Program-made: the position numbers and the translations under genes
The notes under the pieces: model-generated
Told to the model about the DNA's origin: nothing
What the model saw: the letters and a program-made list of their open reading frames with translations, nothing else
Databases searched by the model: none
Shown here: piece after piece, positions 26,666 through 33,124 of the stretch
How positions within the stretch are numbered: the stretch's first letter is position 1
How the letters are laid out: each line of letters opens with the position of its first letter
DNA from: a virus
DNA length: 41,044 nt
Strand: one strand, 5' to 3'
Virus record (IMG/VR): IMGVR_UViG_3300010037_000001
Location: 1-41,044 of that record

Positions 26666-26717
26666 GCCTTGCAACATTAAGTACCGGTGACCACGCAAGG
26701 CAGCCGGTACTTTTTTT
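26666..26717 (+). terminator. Intrinsic terminator with an interleaved competing helix, immediately upstream of the replication genes
   Basis: GTACCGG (26681-26687) pairs with CCGGTAC (26704-26710) and is followed by T7 (26711-26717). GCCTTGC (26666-26672) pairs with GCAAGGC (26695-26701) and interleaves with that stem. Confidence 0.55.
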
Positions 26718-26727
26718 ATGAAACACA

Positions 26728-27594
26728 ATGGAAGATAAACCTCAAATTGAAAACGGATACATTCGAGTGGCAACTGAACTATTTGAGGCATTGACAAAAA
26801 TAAGAATACCAGGTGAAGCTCGACAAATATTTGACTTCATTCTTAGAAAAACTTACGGATTCCAAAAGAAAGAAGATCAAATTGCTCTTTCCCAGTTTTG
26901 TTTGGCTACAGGAATGAAAAAACCTGCTGTAGTTAGAGCTATTAGAAAATGTGAATCAATGAGATTAATCGTTATCAAAAAAGATAACGGCAACATCAAT
27001 TCATATAGTATACAAAAGGATTCTACTCACTGGATTTCGTTATCGAAAAAGATAATATTATCGAAAAAGATAACGAGCGTTATCAAAAAAGATAATCTGT
27101 CGTTATCGAAAAAGATACCCACAATAGATAATACTACAAAAGATAATATTACAATAAATAATACCTCTATATCTCCTATTGGGAATAATTTAGAAATTCC
27201 AAAACAAAAAAAGAAAAATGAAAAAAAAGAAAAAATCGAAAAGACGAAACTTCATCTTCGAATAGAATCTGAGTGTTGGGATAAAAAAATTACATTCGTT
27301 TGTTCCCCGGAAGGATTCATTGCGATCGAGTCTCTTTACCACGAGGAAGATATTTCTCGTCAAGCAGCTAAAGCGTGTGTTTGGACTCACGGCAAAAATC
27401 TTGACTCAGTCCTTCGCCTTACCCGGCTCCAAAAGTTTCTTGAGGATTTCCCTCAAAAAAATTCATCAGTCCCAGATAGACCCCGTAAGCACGCTGATGG
27501 AACCATTAGATCTTTAACCAAAGCAGAATATGAACAACGCCTCAGTGATCAGCGAACCAAAGAAGCTCTTGTTAAGCAAGAAGTTCATGGTTGA
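26728..27594 (+). CDS. Replication initiator, lambda O-like N-terminal domain
   Basis: GYIRVATELFEALTKIRIPGEARQIFDFILRKTYGFQKKEDQIALSQFCLATGMKKPAVVRAIRKCE matches the phage replication protein O pattern. The iteron array lies inside the gene, as in lambda. Confidence 0.8.
   Translation: MEDKPQIENGYIRVATELFEALTKIRIPGEARQIFDFILRKTYGFQKKEDQIALSQFCLATGMKKPAVVRAIRKCESMRLIVIKKDNGNINSYSIQKDSTHWISLSKKIILSKKITSVIKKDNLSLSKKIPTIDNTTKDNITINNTSISPIGNNLEIPKQKKKNEKKEKIEKTKLHLRIESECWDKKITFVCSPEGFIAIESLYHEEDISRQAAKACVWTHGKNLDSVLRLTRLQKFLEDFPQKNSSVPDRPRKHADGTIRSLTKAEYEQRLSDQRTKEALVKQEVHG
26970..27119. repeat. Iteron array (candidate origin of replication)
   Basis: Five 19-bp copies of CGTTATCRAAAAAGATAAY at 26970-26988, 27038-27056, 27056-27074, 27078-27096 and 27101-27119. 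Each copy contains the inverted half-sites TTATC-N6-GATAA. Confidence 0.75.
27201..27250. other. A-rich tract next to the iterons (candidate DNA-unwinding element)
   Basis: The sequence aaaacaaaaaaagaaaaatgaaaaaaaagaaaaaatcgaaaagacgaaac lies about 80 bp downstream of the last iteron. Confidence 0.4.
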
Positions 27595-28417
27595 GAAGCT
27601 AAGCTCAAGCCCTCTTATCGCTATCGATTCCGTTATTGAAAATATTTTGATTACAGCTCTGAACCCACTTCCGTGGGATGCTTTACTCAAAGAATGCACT
27701 GGTTGCTCTACGAAAATTGGGCTTAAGTCTTTCGTTTCGAAGGTTTATGGTGAAATTTCTTTTTACCCTTCCGAATGTGAAACTTGCAAGGAAACAGCTT
27801 ACACCATCCATCTTCAAGACGACCACATCAAGGCTTGGAAAACTAGGGTACATCGTTGTTTTGGACTCCAGAATAAGAAACAAAGGCATCAAGATATGGT
27901 TCCGATGCTTGAGAGTGTGACCAGAGATCATGCTTGGCAAGAAAAGTTTATCGCTCACATTGTGGGTCTTTGCTCTGGAGAACTGAAAATTGGAGCATAC
28001 TTAACTGGCAATCCCGGGGGTGGAAAAACTTTTTTAGCGAAAATCCTTCACAACGAACTGCTTGGGCAGTATGAGGATTCTTGTTTCGTGAAATCGGTTG
28101 ATTTAGCGATAATGCTTCGCCGGTTAAGCTTTAAGGACGATTACCAGTCAATCCTTAACCAGTTCCGCAATGTTAAGTTTTTGATTGTGGACGATTATGG
28201 AGTCCAGAAGAATACCGATTTTGTGAAAGAAGCTATCTTTTCAATCTTCGATTATCGGTATGAGAATCAGAAAACAACCATAATTACCACCAATTTGGAA
28301 GCGCAGGACGTTGAAGAATCTGAGCATCGTCTTTTTTCCAGAATTCAAGATCCCAAGTGGATGAAAAAGTTCGACTTTTCGGCTTATGACCTGCGACAAG
28401 CAGCGATTTATAATTAA
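27587..28417 (+). CDS. DnaC/IstB-like AAA+ helicase loader
   Basis: Walker A is LTGNPGGGKTFLAK, Walker B is FLIVDDYG, and a sensor-like TTIITTNL is present. I prefer the ATG at 27587, which overlaps the upstream stop (ATGGTTGA), to the track start at 27530. An N-terminal CxxC...CxxC motif is also present. Confidence 0.8.
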   Translation: MVEKLSSSPLIAIDSVIENILITALNPLPWDALLKECTGCSTKIGLKSFVSKVYGEISFYPSECETCKETAYTIHLQDDHIKAWKTRVHRCFGLQNKKQRHQDMVPMLESVTRDHAWQEKFIAHIVGLCSGELKIGAYLTGNPGGGKTFLAKILHNELLGQYEDSCFVKSVDLAIMLRRLSFKDDYQSILNQFRNVKFLIVDDYGVQKNTDFVKEAIFSIFDYRYENQKTTIITTNLEAQDVEESEHRLFSRIQDPKWMKKFDFSAYDLRQAAIYN

Positions 28418-28422
28418 TACTA

Positions 28423-28451
28423 TTGACTTTTCACGAAGCATGTGCTACCAT
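28423..28451 (+). promoter_or_regulatory. Sigma-70-like promoter
   Basis: TTGACT (28423-28428), 17-nt spacer, TACCAT (28446-28451). The -10 is weaker than the others. An ATG at 28460 lies 8 nt after the -10. Confidence 0.4.
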
Positions 28452-28459
28452 TAAAACAT

Positions 28460-28615
28460 ATGATTCTCACTTCAAAAGAAATCAGGAAAACGGCTCCAGT
28501 CTGCTTACATTGCGACGAGCTAAAGATTGATTGCTGGTGGAATCTCGCAAAAAATAAGCCTTGGATTGTACCAAGAGCATTAATCCAAAAAAAGAATGGA
28601 AGAAAGAAAAATTAA
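28460..28615 (+). CDS. Possible 51-aa ORF
   Basis: Translation is MILTSKEIRKTAPVCLHCDELKIDCWWNLAKNKPWIVPRALIQKKNGRKKN. It overlaps the start of the next gene by 20 nt. Confidence 0.3.
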   Translation: MILTSKEIRKTAPVCLHCDELKIDCWWNLAKNKPWIVPRALIQKKNGRKKN

Positions 28616-29312
28616 CCGCATCACAATCAAGGAATTCGATGAAAGGTTTTATGAACTCGATGGAGTTTATAAACCTTCGGTCACCTACATTCTCGGGGTC
28701 GGGATGCCAGCTTCACCTCACTTGATCGAATGGATTGCCAAGGTTGGACTTGAGCAGGCTGAACAGATTAAAACCAAAGCCGGAGATGAAGGATCTTTTG
28801 TTCACGACTGCATCGATCGGCTTTTAAAGGGGGATACACTTCCATCCTTCGAAATGGATCTTAAGTCTAAAAGGTGTCTCCAAGCTTTTGTGGATTGGTT
28901 TGTTTATGAAAAACCTCAGGTTATAAGCCATGAATATATCATTTGGGGCAAAGATTATGCTGGTACGGTAGATTTCAAATGCCGGCTTAAAAGCGATGAT
29001 TACAAAAAGGTTTGGTTGATTGATCACAAAACCTCGAAAAGCATCCATGAGAATCACAAAGCTCAACTTATGGCATACAAAAAAGCTGATCCTGAGGTTG
29101 ATCGAGTAGCGCTTCTTCACCTTGGCAACACAACAAAAAAACGATATAGCTTTTGTGAAATACGACCTTCGGATGAACTCAAGTACTGGCATATGTTCCA
29201 ATGCGCGAAGAAAATGTTTCAGATTATGAAACCTGATGCTAAGCCTACAATCGAAGAATACCCAGAGTTTTTCAAGCTTGATCTTGAAATAATCACCAAA
29301 TTTAAAAAATAA
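28596..29312 (+). CDS. PD-(D/E)XK nuclease (RecB/Cas4-like exonuclease fold)
   Basis: Motifs GTVDF...VWLIDHKTSKS...HKAQLMAYKKA fit the D, (D/E)xK and QxxxY pattern. Confidence 0.7.
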   Translation: MEERKINRITIKEFDERFYELDGVYKPSVTYILGVGMPASPHLIEWIAKVGLEQAEQIKTKAGDEGSFVHDCIDRLLKGDTLPSFEMDLKSKRCLQAFVDWFVYEKPQVISHEYIIWGKDYAGTVDFKCRLKSDDYKKVWLIDHKTSKSIHENHKAQLMAYKKADPEVDRVALLHLGNTTKKRYSFCEIRPSDELKYWHMFQCAKKMFQIMKPDAKPTIEEYPEFFKLDLEIITKFKK

Positions 29313-29333
29313 TTATTTCTTAATTTTCGTTTT

Positions 29334-29756
29334 ATGGAAAAATCACAGGTAAAAAAGATCACGATTGAGGATCTACAGCGAGTAACTCACAAGAAAGATG
29401 GTGAAGCGTTCCGAACCAAAAAGGGTGAACGGTTTTGTCTTGTGAAGGTCACTGGAGGGGATGGAGTTAAGTACACAGCGTTTGATATGAATGGTTGGAC
29501 CAAGGAGTGGGCAATTGGTAAAACGATTGAGGTTGAGGCTTATGAAGAGGAGTATGAAGGTACTTACAGCTGGAAACTTCGAAAGATAAATTTTGTTCGA
29601 GAACTTGAAAAGCGTGTAGATATGCTTGAAAGAAAGGTTGCTGCGTTGATGGGAGCAGGGGTTGCTGACAAGCCAGCGTCAGTCCAGCAATCTGATGATG
29701 TTGAGATTGAAGATTTAAATGGGGATGAGGGAGAAAAATTACCTTGGGAAGAATAA
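29334..29756 (+). CDS. Hypothetical protein with acidic C-terminal tail
   Basis: 140 aa, ending DDVEIEDLNGDEGEKLPWEE. The acidic tail recalls SSB-type proteins, but I could not verify an OB-fold motif. Confidence 0.7.
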   Translation: MEKSQVKKITIEDLQRVTHKKDGEAFRTKKGERFCLVKVTGGDGVKYTAFDMNGWTKEWAIGKTIEVEAYEEEYEGTYSWKLRKINFVRELEKRVDMLERKVAALMGAGVADKPASVQQSDDVEIEDLNGDEGEKLPWEE

Positions 29757-29759
29757 TTT

Positions 29760-29972
29760 ATGAAAGAATCTACAAAAATAATTATCTTAACTTTCGTTAT
29801 CACTTTGGGTGTATTTACCCTGATTGTTAAGCTATTTCCGTATGAAAGTCAGACAAAAAAATTACAATGGGAAGTTGAGTATTTGGACCGAGAATTATCT
29901 CATTGCGAGAGCCAGTTGATGATTAATTATGATGAAACTTTAGATATTTTAAAACTTCCTAATGAACAATAA
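29760..29972 (+). CDS. Small membrane protein
   Basis: 70 aa with an N-terminal TM segment (IIILTFVITLGVFTLIVKLF). Confidence 0.6.
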   Translation: MKESTKIIILTFVITLGVFTLIVKLFPYESQTKKLQWEVEYLDRELSHCESQLMINYDETLDILKLPNEQ

Positions 29973-30699
29973 ATTTCTTTTCTTGGACACTGAAACAACG
30001 GGACTCAAGAATCCTCGGATGATCCAGTTAGCCTACTCTACCAACGATCAGCCTCTCGTGAATCTTCGTTACAAACCACCTATCCCAATCGAATTAATGG
30101 CGATGGCTACCCATCACATCACTGAGGAAATGGTAAAAGATCAATTGACCTTTGAAAACAGCATCCAAAAAAACCTCCTCCAAGAGCTTCTTGATCAATC
30201 GGTTATGATCGCTCATAACGCTCAGTTCGACATGATGGTTCTGAAGAACGAAGGGGTTAGGGTGAAGAGCTGGATCTGTACGCAACGTCTTGCAATGTAC
30301 CTTTATGACTTAGAATCATACAAACTCCAGTATCTTCGGTATCATTTTGGTTGCAAGTTCGGAGATCAGAATATCCGAGCTCACGATGCTGAGGGTGATA
30401 TTATTGTCCTCCGTGAGGTGTTTATTTGCCTTTATAACGATTTTATCAAGATGAGTGGACTATCGGAGCCTAAAAAAATTATCGACGCAATTAGGGCCAT
30501 TTCTGAGCGTCCTGGTAAAATCAGAAAATTCACCTTTGGAAAGTACCGGGGAAAATATCTAGCCGAGGTAATGAAAGAGGATCGAGGATACATAGATTGG
30601 CTAATAAAAGAAGAATTAAAAAAAGATGAGGAAGATATAAATACTGATTTGCTTTGGAATCTTCAAAATATCGACAACAAAACTATTTCTGTTCTTTAA
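29962..30699 (+). CDS. DnaQ-like 3'-5' exonuclease (DEDDh) with a small C-terminal domain
   Basis: Exo I is FLFLDTETTGL, Exo II is IAHNAQFDMMVL, and Exo III is HDAEGDIIVL. The C-terminal FTFGKYRGKYLAEVMKEDRGYIDWL resembles the small domain often appended to such exonucleases. Confidence 0.85.
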   Translation: MNNKFLFLDTETTGLKNPRMIQLAYSTNDQPLVNLRYKPPIPIELMAMATHHITEEMVKDQLTFENSIQKNLLQELLDQSVMIAHNAQFDMMVLKNEGVRVKSWICTQRLAMYLYDLESYKLQYLRYHFGCKFGDQNIRAHDAEGDIIVLREVFICLYNDFIKMSGLSEPKKIIDAIRAISERPGKIRKFTFGKYRGKYLAEVMKEDRGYIDWLIKEELKKDEEDINTDLLWNLQNIDNKTISVL

Positions 30700-30716
30700 A
30701 AAATCTGGGGTGGGGG

Positions 30717-30745
30717 TTGACTTCTGTACCTTGCCCCCATATAAT
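30717..30745 (+). promoter_or_regulatory. Consensus sigma-70 promoter of the HNH/RNA locus
   Basis: TTGACT (30717-30722), exactly 17 nt, TATAAT (30740-30745). It is flanked by the inverted repeat TGGGGG (30711-30716) / CCCCCA (30734-30739). The ATG at 30752 starts 6 nt after the -10. Confidence 0.7.
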
Positions 30746-30751
30746 GGGAGT

Positions 30752-31162
30752 ATGAAAAAATGTACATTATGCAAAAATAGAAAAGCTTTATCGGAATTTT
30801 ACAAAGATGCTTATCGTGGTGATGGCTTGATGACAAGGTGTAAGTCTTGTGACATATTTTATCGCCAAGCAAAAAGAATTAAAAATCCAAACACTTATAA
30901 ACTTCGAGATTCTCGCTATTATCAAAGAAATAAAGTGAGAAAAAAGATTTATTTAGAAGGATGGAGAAAGAAAAATAAGCAAAAAATTAAATGCCATACT
31001 GCCGTTAAGATTGCTCTTTTAAAAGGAAGTTTAGTAAAGCAACCTTGCGAAAAATGTGCTGCCAAAGCTGAAGCTCATCATGATGATTATACAAAGCCAT
31101 TAGATGTGAAATGGTTTTGTCGGCGACATCATGCAAGAGAACATGTAAAACTTAATCCCTAA
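30752..31162 (+). CDS. HNH endonuclease (small, with zinc ribbon)
   Basis: N-terminal CTLCKNRKALSEFYKD..GDGLMTRCKSCD and C-terminal CEKCAAKAEAHHDDYTKPLDVKWFCRRHHAREH. I prefer the ATG at 30752 because the track's GTG start at 30710 would lie upstream of the promoter. Confidence 0.85.
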   Translation: MKKCTLCKNRKALSEFYKDAYRGDGLMTRCKSCDIFYRQAKRIKNPNTYKLRDSRYYQRNKVRKKIYLEGWRKKNKQKIKCHTAVKIALLKGSLVKQPCEKCAAKAEAHHDDYTKPLDVKWFCRRHHAREHVKLNP

Positions 31163-31522
31163 AAGTTGGCGCTAAATGCAAACCAAGTACGGCCCTCCTA
31201 GGCAAACGATCGTACCACTGGAAACCCAGCAGGAATACCTATTTGCAAGGGTAGGTTAAGTTCCTCTCGAGAGGGAAGTCATTCTTCAACTCGAGGCCAG
31301 CTCTTAGGGATTAATACTTCGGAAGGAGAGGTGGTTTAATTTAAAACACTGCTAAAAGCAAAACGTTCAATCGTTTACGTTGTGATGCAAGCTCATGACT
31401 TGCCCTCTCCTTCTGGCGTATTAAGTGCCAGAGTCTTAGCGGACTGATTGAAGGAGCGAGCCTGAATAATCAATAAGGCTTATACAACCTCTATTGAGGG
31501 TAATATTTTAACTCCTTCAATC
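31152..31522 (+). ncRNA. Large multi-domain structured RNA candidate (family unassigned)
   Basis: Three closed helical domains are listed in the first finding, for example 31152-31170/31296-31314, 31322-31331/31404-31413 and 31446-31456/31512-31522. Wobble pairs fit only the plus strand. GC is enriched, and no plus-strand ORF of 60 aa or more occurs between 31163 and 31584. Confidence 0.55.
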
Positions 31523-31528
31523 TTTATG

Positions 31529-31605
31529 AGGAAGGTAGCTCAGACAGCAGAGCACCATGGGGTCGACTCTCACGGAGGTCGCAAATGCAATTTTTGCCCT
31601 TCCTC
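31529..31605 (+). tRNA. tRNA-like element, non-canonical (7-bp anticodon-type stem; loop GUCGACU; nominal anticodon CGA)
   Basis: Acceptor stem AGGAAGG (31529-31535) / CCTTCCT (31598-31604), then U8 A9. D-arm is GCTC/GAGC with loop AGACAGCA. The central arm is 31555-31561/31569-31575. The variable region is AGGTC. The T-arm is GCAAA/TTTGC with loop TGCAATT, followed by C-TCCA. It lacks the D-loop GG and the T-loop TTC. Confidence 0.4.
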
Positions 31606-31623
31606 TCCATTAACAACAAAAAT

Positions 31624-31860
31624 ATGTTTTTCAAAAGGAAGATAGAAAAATTGTCACAAGAAATAGATCAACAAAAAGTAAAAACCAAACGAAGACTCTG
31701 GGAACTCAAAAATATTGCTACTGTTCTTGGGGTTGCAAAAGAAACCAAGAGAAAGGAGTTTGCCAAAGAGAGTTTGATTGAAGCGGAGAGCAGATTTAAA
31801 GATTGGAAAAATAACCCTAAGGATGCAGGGAAACATAATAAAAAAAGATTTAGATTTTAA
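31624..31860 (+). CDS. Basic coiled-coil protein
   Basis: I prefer the ATG at 31624 (MFFKRKIEKLSQEIDQQ...). The track start at 31585 lies inside the tRNA-like T-arm. Confidence 0.6.
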   Translation: MFFKRKIEKLSQEIDQQKVKTKRRLWELKNIATVLGVAKETKRKEFAKESLIEAESRFKDWKNNPKDAGKHNKKRFRF

Positions 31861-31862
31861 AA

Positions 31863-32099
31863 ATGATAAAAAAAACTTTTTGTAAAACATGCGATCACAG
31901 TTGCTGGGATAATCAGGGTAATTGTTGTTGTGGGAAAGGAAAAAATCAATTGATTTCTGTTGAAGATATACTCAAAGATCTTAATTTAAATCAGGGGTTC
32001 AGCTGCGATACTTGTTCAGAGTTAGGAGATTTACGAAAAATGATCGCTCACATTGGTCAAAATGCTGGACATGCTATTGTTTTATTCAAAAAAACATGA
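31863..32099 (+). CDS. Cys-rich small protein
   Basis: 78 aa, containing CKTCDHSCWDNQGNCCCGKG...CDTC. Confidence 0.6.
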   Translation: MIKKTFCKTCDHSCWDNQGNCCCGKGKNQLISVEDILKDLNLNQGFSCDTCSELGDLRKMIAHIGQNAGHAIVLFKKT

Positions 32100-32533
32100 C
32101 CCATCAAGAAAAACTAGAGTATATAAGGCAAATGATAGTTAAAGAAATTCCTGAAATAATGGAATTGAAGTTTGGATGTTGGATTAAGGTTCGCGGACAT
32201 GGTTATGATAATCCAATATGGACGGTCAGAGTAATTGGTATGTCTCGTGGCAAGGGTGATACATGGGCAATTGGAGATGGTTTTAGGGAAGTTGTTTATG
32301 ATACCAAAAAAGATATTGTTGAAATCCTTGGTCGTCCGATTGGTATTGCTGAAATTTTGAAAGTTATTCCGTCTCATTGGTTGGCTAAATACGAAAAAAC
32401 CACAAACCATTATGAACTTATTAATACGAGAAGCAAAAACAATGAATATATTTGCATTGAAGGCCGTGATCTTAATGAAGAATCAGAACCAACAATAGAT
32501 TTTTTATATAACTTATTTAAGAAAAATGAATAA
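32096..32533 (+). CDS. Hypothetical protein
   Basis: The ATG at 32096 overlaps the upstream stop as ATGA (MTHQEKLEYIRQ...). The track start at 32012 would overlap the upstream gene by 88 nt. Confidence 0.65.
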   Translation: MTHQEKLEYIRQMIVKEIPEIMELKFGCWIKVRGHGYDNPIWTVRVIGMSRGKGDTWAIGDGFREVVYDTKKDIVEILGRPIGIAEILKVIPSHWLAKYEKTTNHYELINTRSKNNEYICIEGRDLNEESEPTIDFLYNLFKKNE

Positions 32534-32777
32534 AAAATATCTTATTATTATGGGGGTGGGTTTAACTCTTTCAATTATAGGAAATATTATTTTTGAGGGG
32601 CATACCCCATCACCACCTTTAAAATTTTATATTGATCAATTAGCTTTTATTCTCATGTTTTGGGGAATTGCTGGAGATATTTTAAGCAACATAACAGTAC
32701 AGAAAGTGAATAACATTACAGGCGAAACTATTAAAGTAGTAAAACATTCAGAATGTAACTCCAACCAAAATGACTAA
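32526..32777 (+). CDS. Membrane protein (2 TM)
   Basis: 83 aa. Hydrophobic segments are YLIIMGVGLTLSIIGNIIF and LAFILMFWGIAGDIL. Confidence 0.65.
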   Translation: MNKKYLIIMGVGLTLSIIGNIIFEGHTPSPPLKFYIDQLAFILMFWGIAGDILSNITVQKVNNITGETIKVVKHSECNSNQND

Positions 32778-32991
32778 AGAAAAAAGCAAATGTGAATGTA
32801 TGCCTCGTTTTTTTCGCCATACCCATGGCCCACTAAAGGGGAATTGCTTCAAATGTGATCTCCCAATTTTTTTTGAGAAAGATCCTATGAAATTTGAAGA
32901 ATTCTACCAAAGTTTTGTTAATTTTTGTATTAAGAAGGATAAAGAATTAAGGCTTAAAGATCTCCGCTGTCATAGGGTTTTTAAGCCTTAA
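32770..32991 (+). CDS. Cys/His-rich small protein
   Basis: 73 aa, containing CEC...H.H...CFKC. Its 3' end forms a 12-bp hairpin. Confidence 0.6.
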   Translation: MTKEKSKCECMPRFFRHTHGPLKGNCFKCDLPIFFEKDPMKFEEFYQSFVNFCIKKDKELRLKDLRCHRVFKP

Positions 32992-33124
32992 GCACAAAAA
33001 GTTAAAAGTGTCAGTCTCGGTTTTATCTCGAAAATCCAGAAAAATAATGGGTTGAAGATCAGCTAGATGGCCAGAAAGTAAAATATGGTTCTGAAGTTGT
33101 AATTACTAATTTTATTGAAATACC

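Noticed and set aside
26970-27119. CRISPR-like repeat array.
   Set aside because: The repeats are 19 bp with spacing of 0-4 bp among the tandem copies. They are internally palindromic, lie inside the O-like initiator ORF, and are followed by an A-rich tract. These are iterons, not repeat-spacer units.
31152-31522. RNase P RNA. The size (~370 nt) fits, GAGGGAAGUC at 31271-31280 resembles GAGGAAAGUCC, and AAGGCUUAU at 31475-31483 resembles the CR-V GGCUUA.
   Set aside because: The putative P4 pairing gives only about 4 bp. The GGCUU segment is better satisfied by a local hairpin (31459-63 / 31476-80). I see no equivalents of the other conserved blocks (GGUAA, AGGGUGAAA, AGAUGAAUG). A covariance-model search is still needed.
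31190-31570. Enrichment of 6-nt palindromes (CTCGAG twice, CCTAGG, CGATCG, AACGTT, TCATGA, GTCGAC, CCATGG) as a special signal in the RNA locus.
   Set aside because: About 7 palindromic hexamers are expected by chance in ~460 nt, so the count is not enriched. I note only that three of them fall in predicted hairpin loops.
31152-31609. tmRNA (tRNA-like end plus a large structured body).
   Set aside because: Both acceptor strands lie within 77 nt at the 3' end, not at the two ends of the RNA. There is no GGGG..UUCGAC-type 5' end, no obvious tag reading frame, and no permuted layout.
30700-31620. Group I intron carrying the HNH gene as a homing endonuclease.
   Set aside because: Only about 50 nt lie between the upstream ORF and the HNH start, too little for P1-P6. 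I could not find P/Q/R/S core pairings: CAGAGUCUUA at 31429-31438 has no UAAGAC partner. The flanking ORFs do not look like halves of a split gene. A degenerate relic is not excluded.
31585-31623. The upstream ATG of the 91-aa track ORF.
   Set aside because: The first 13 codons lie inside the T-arm and acceptor strand of the tRNA-like element. The ATG at 31624 gives a compact gene directly after it.
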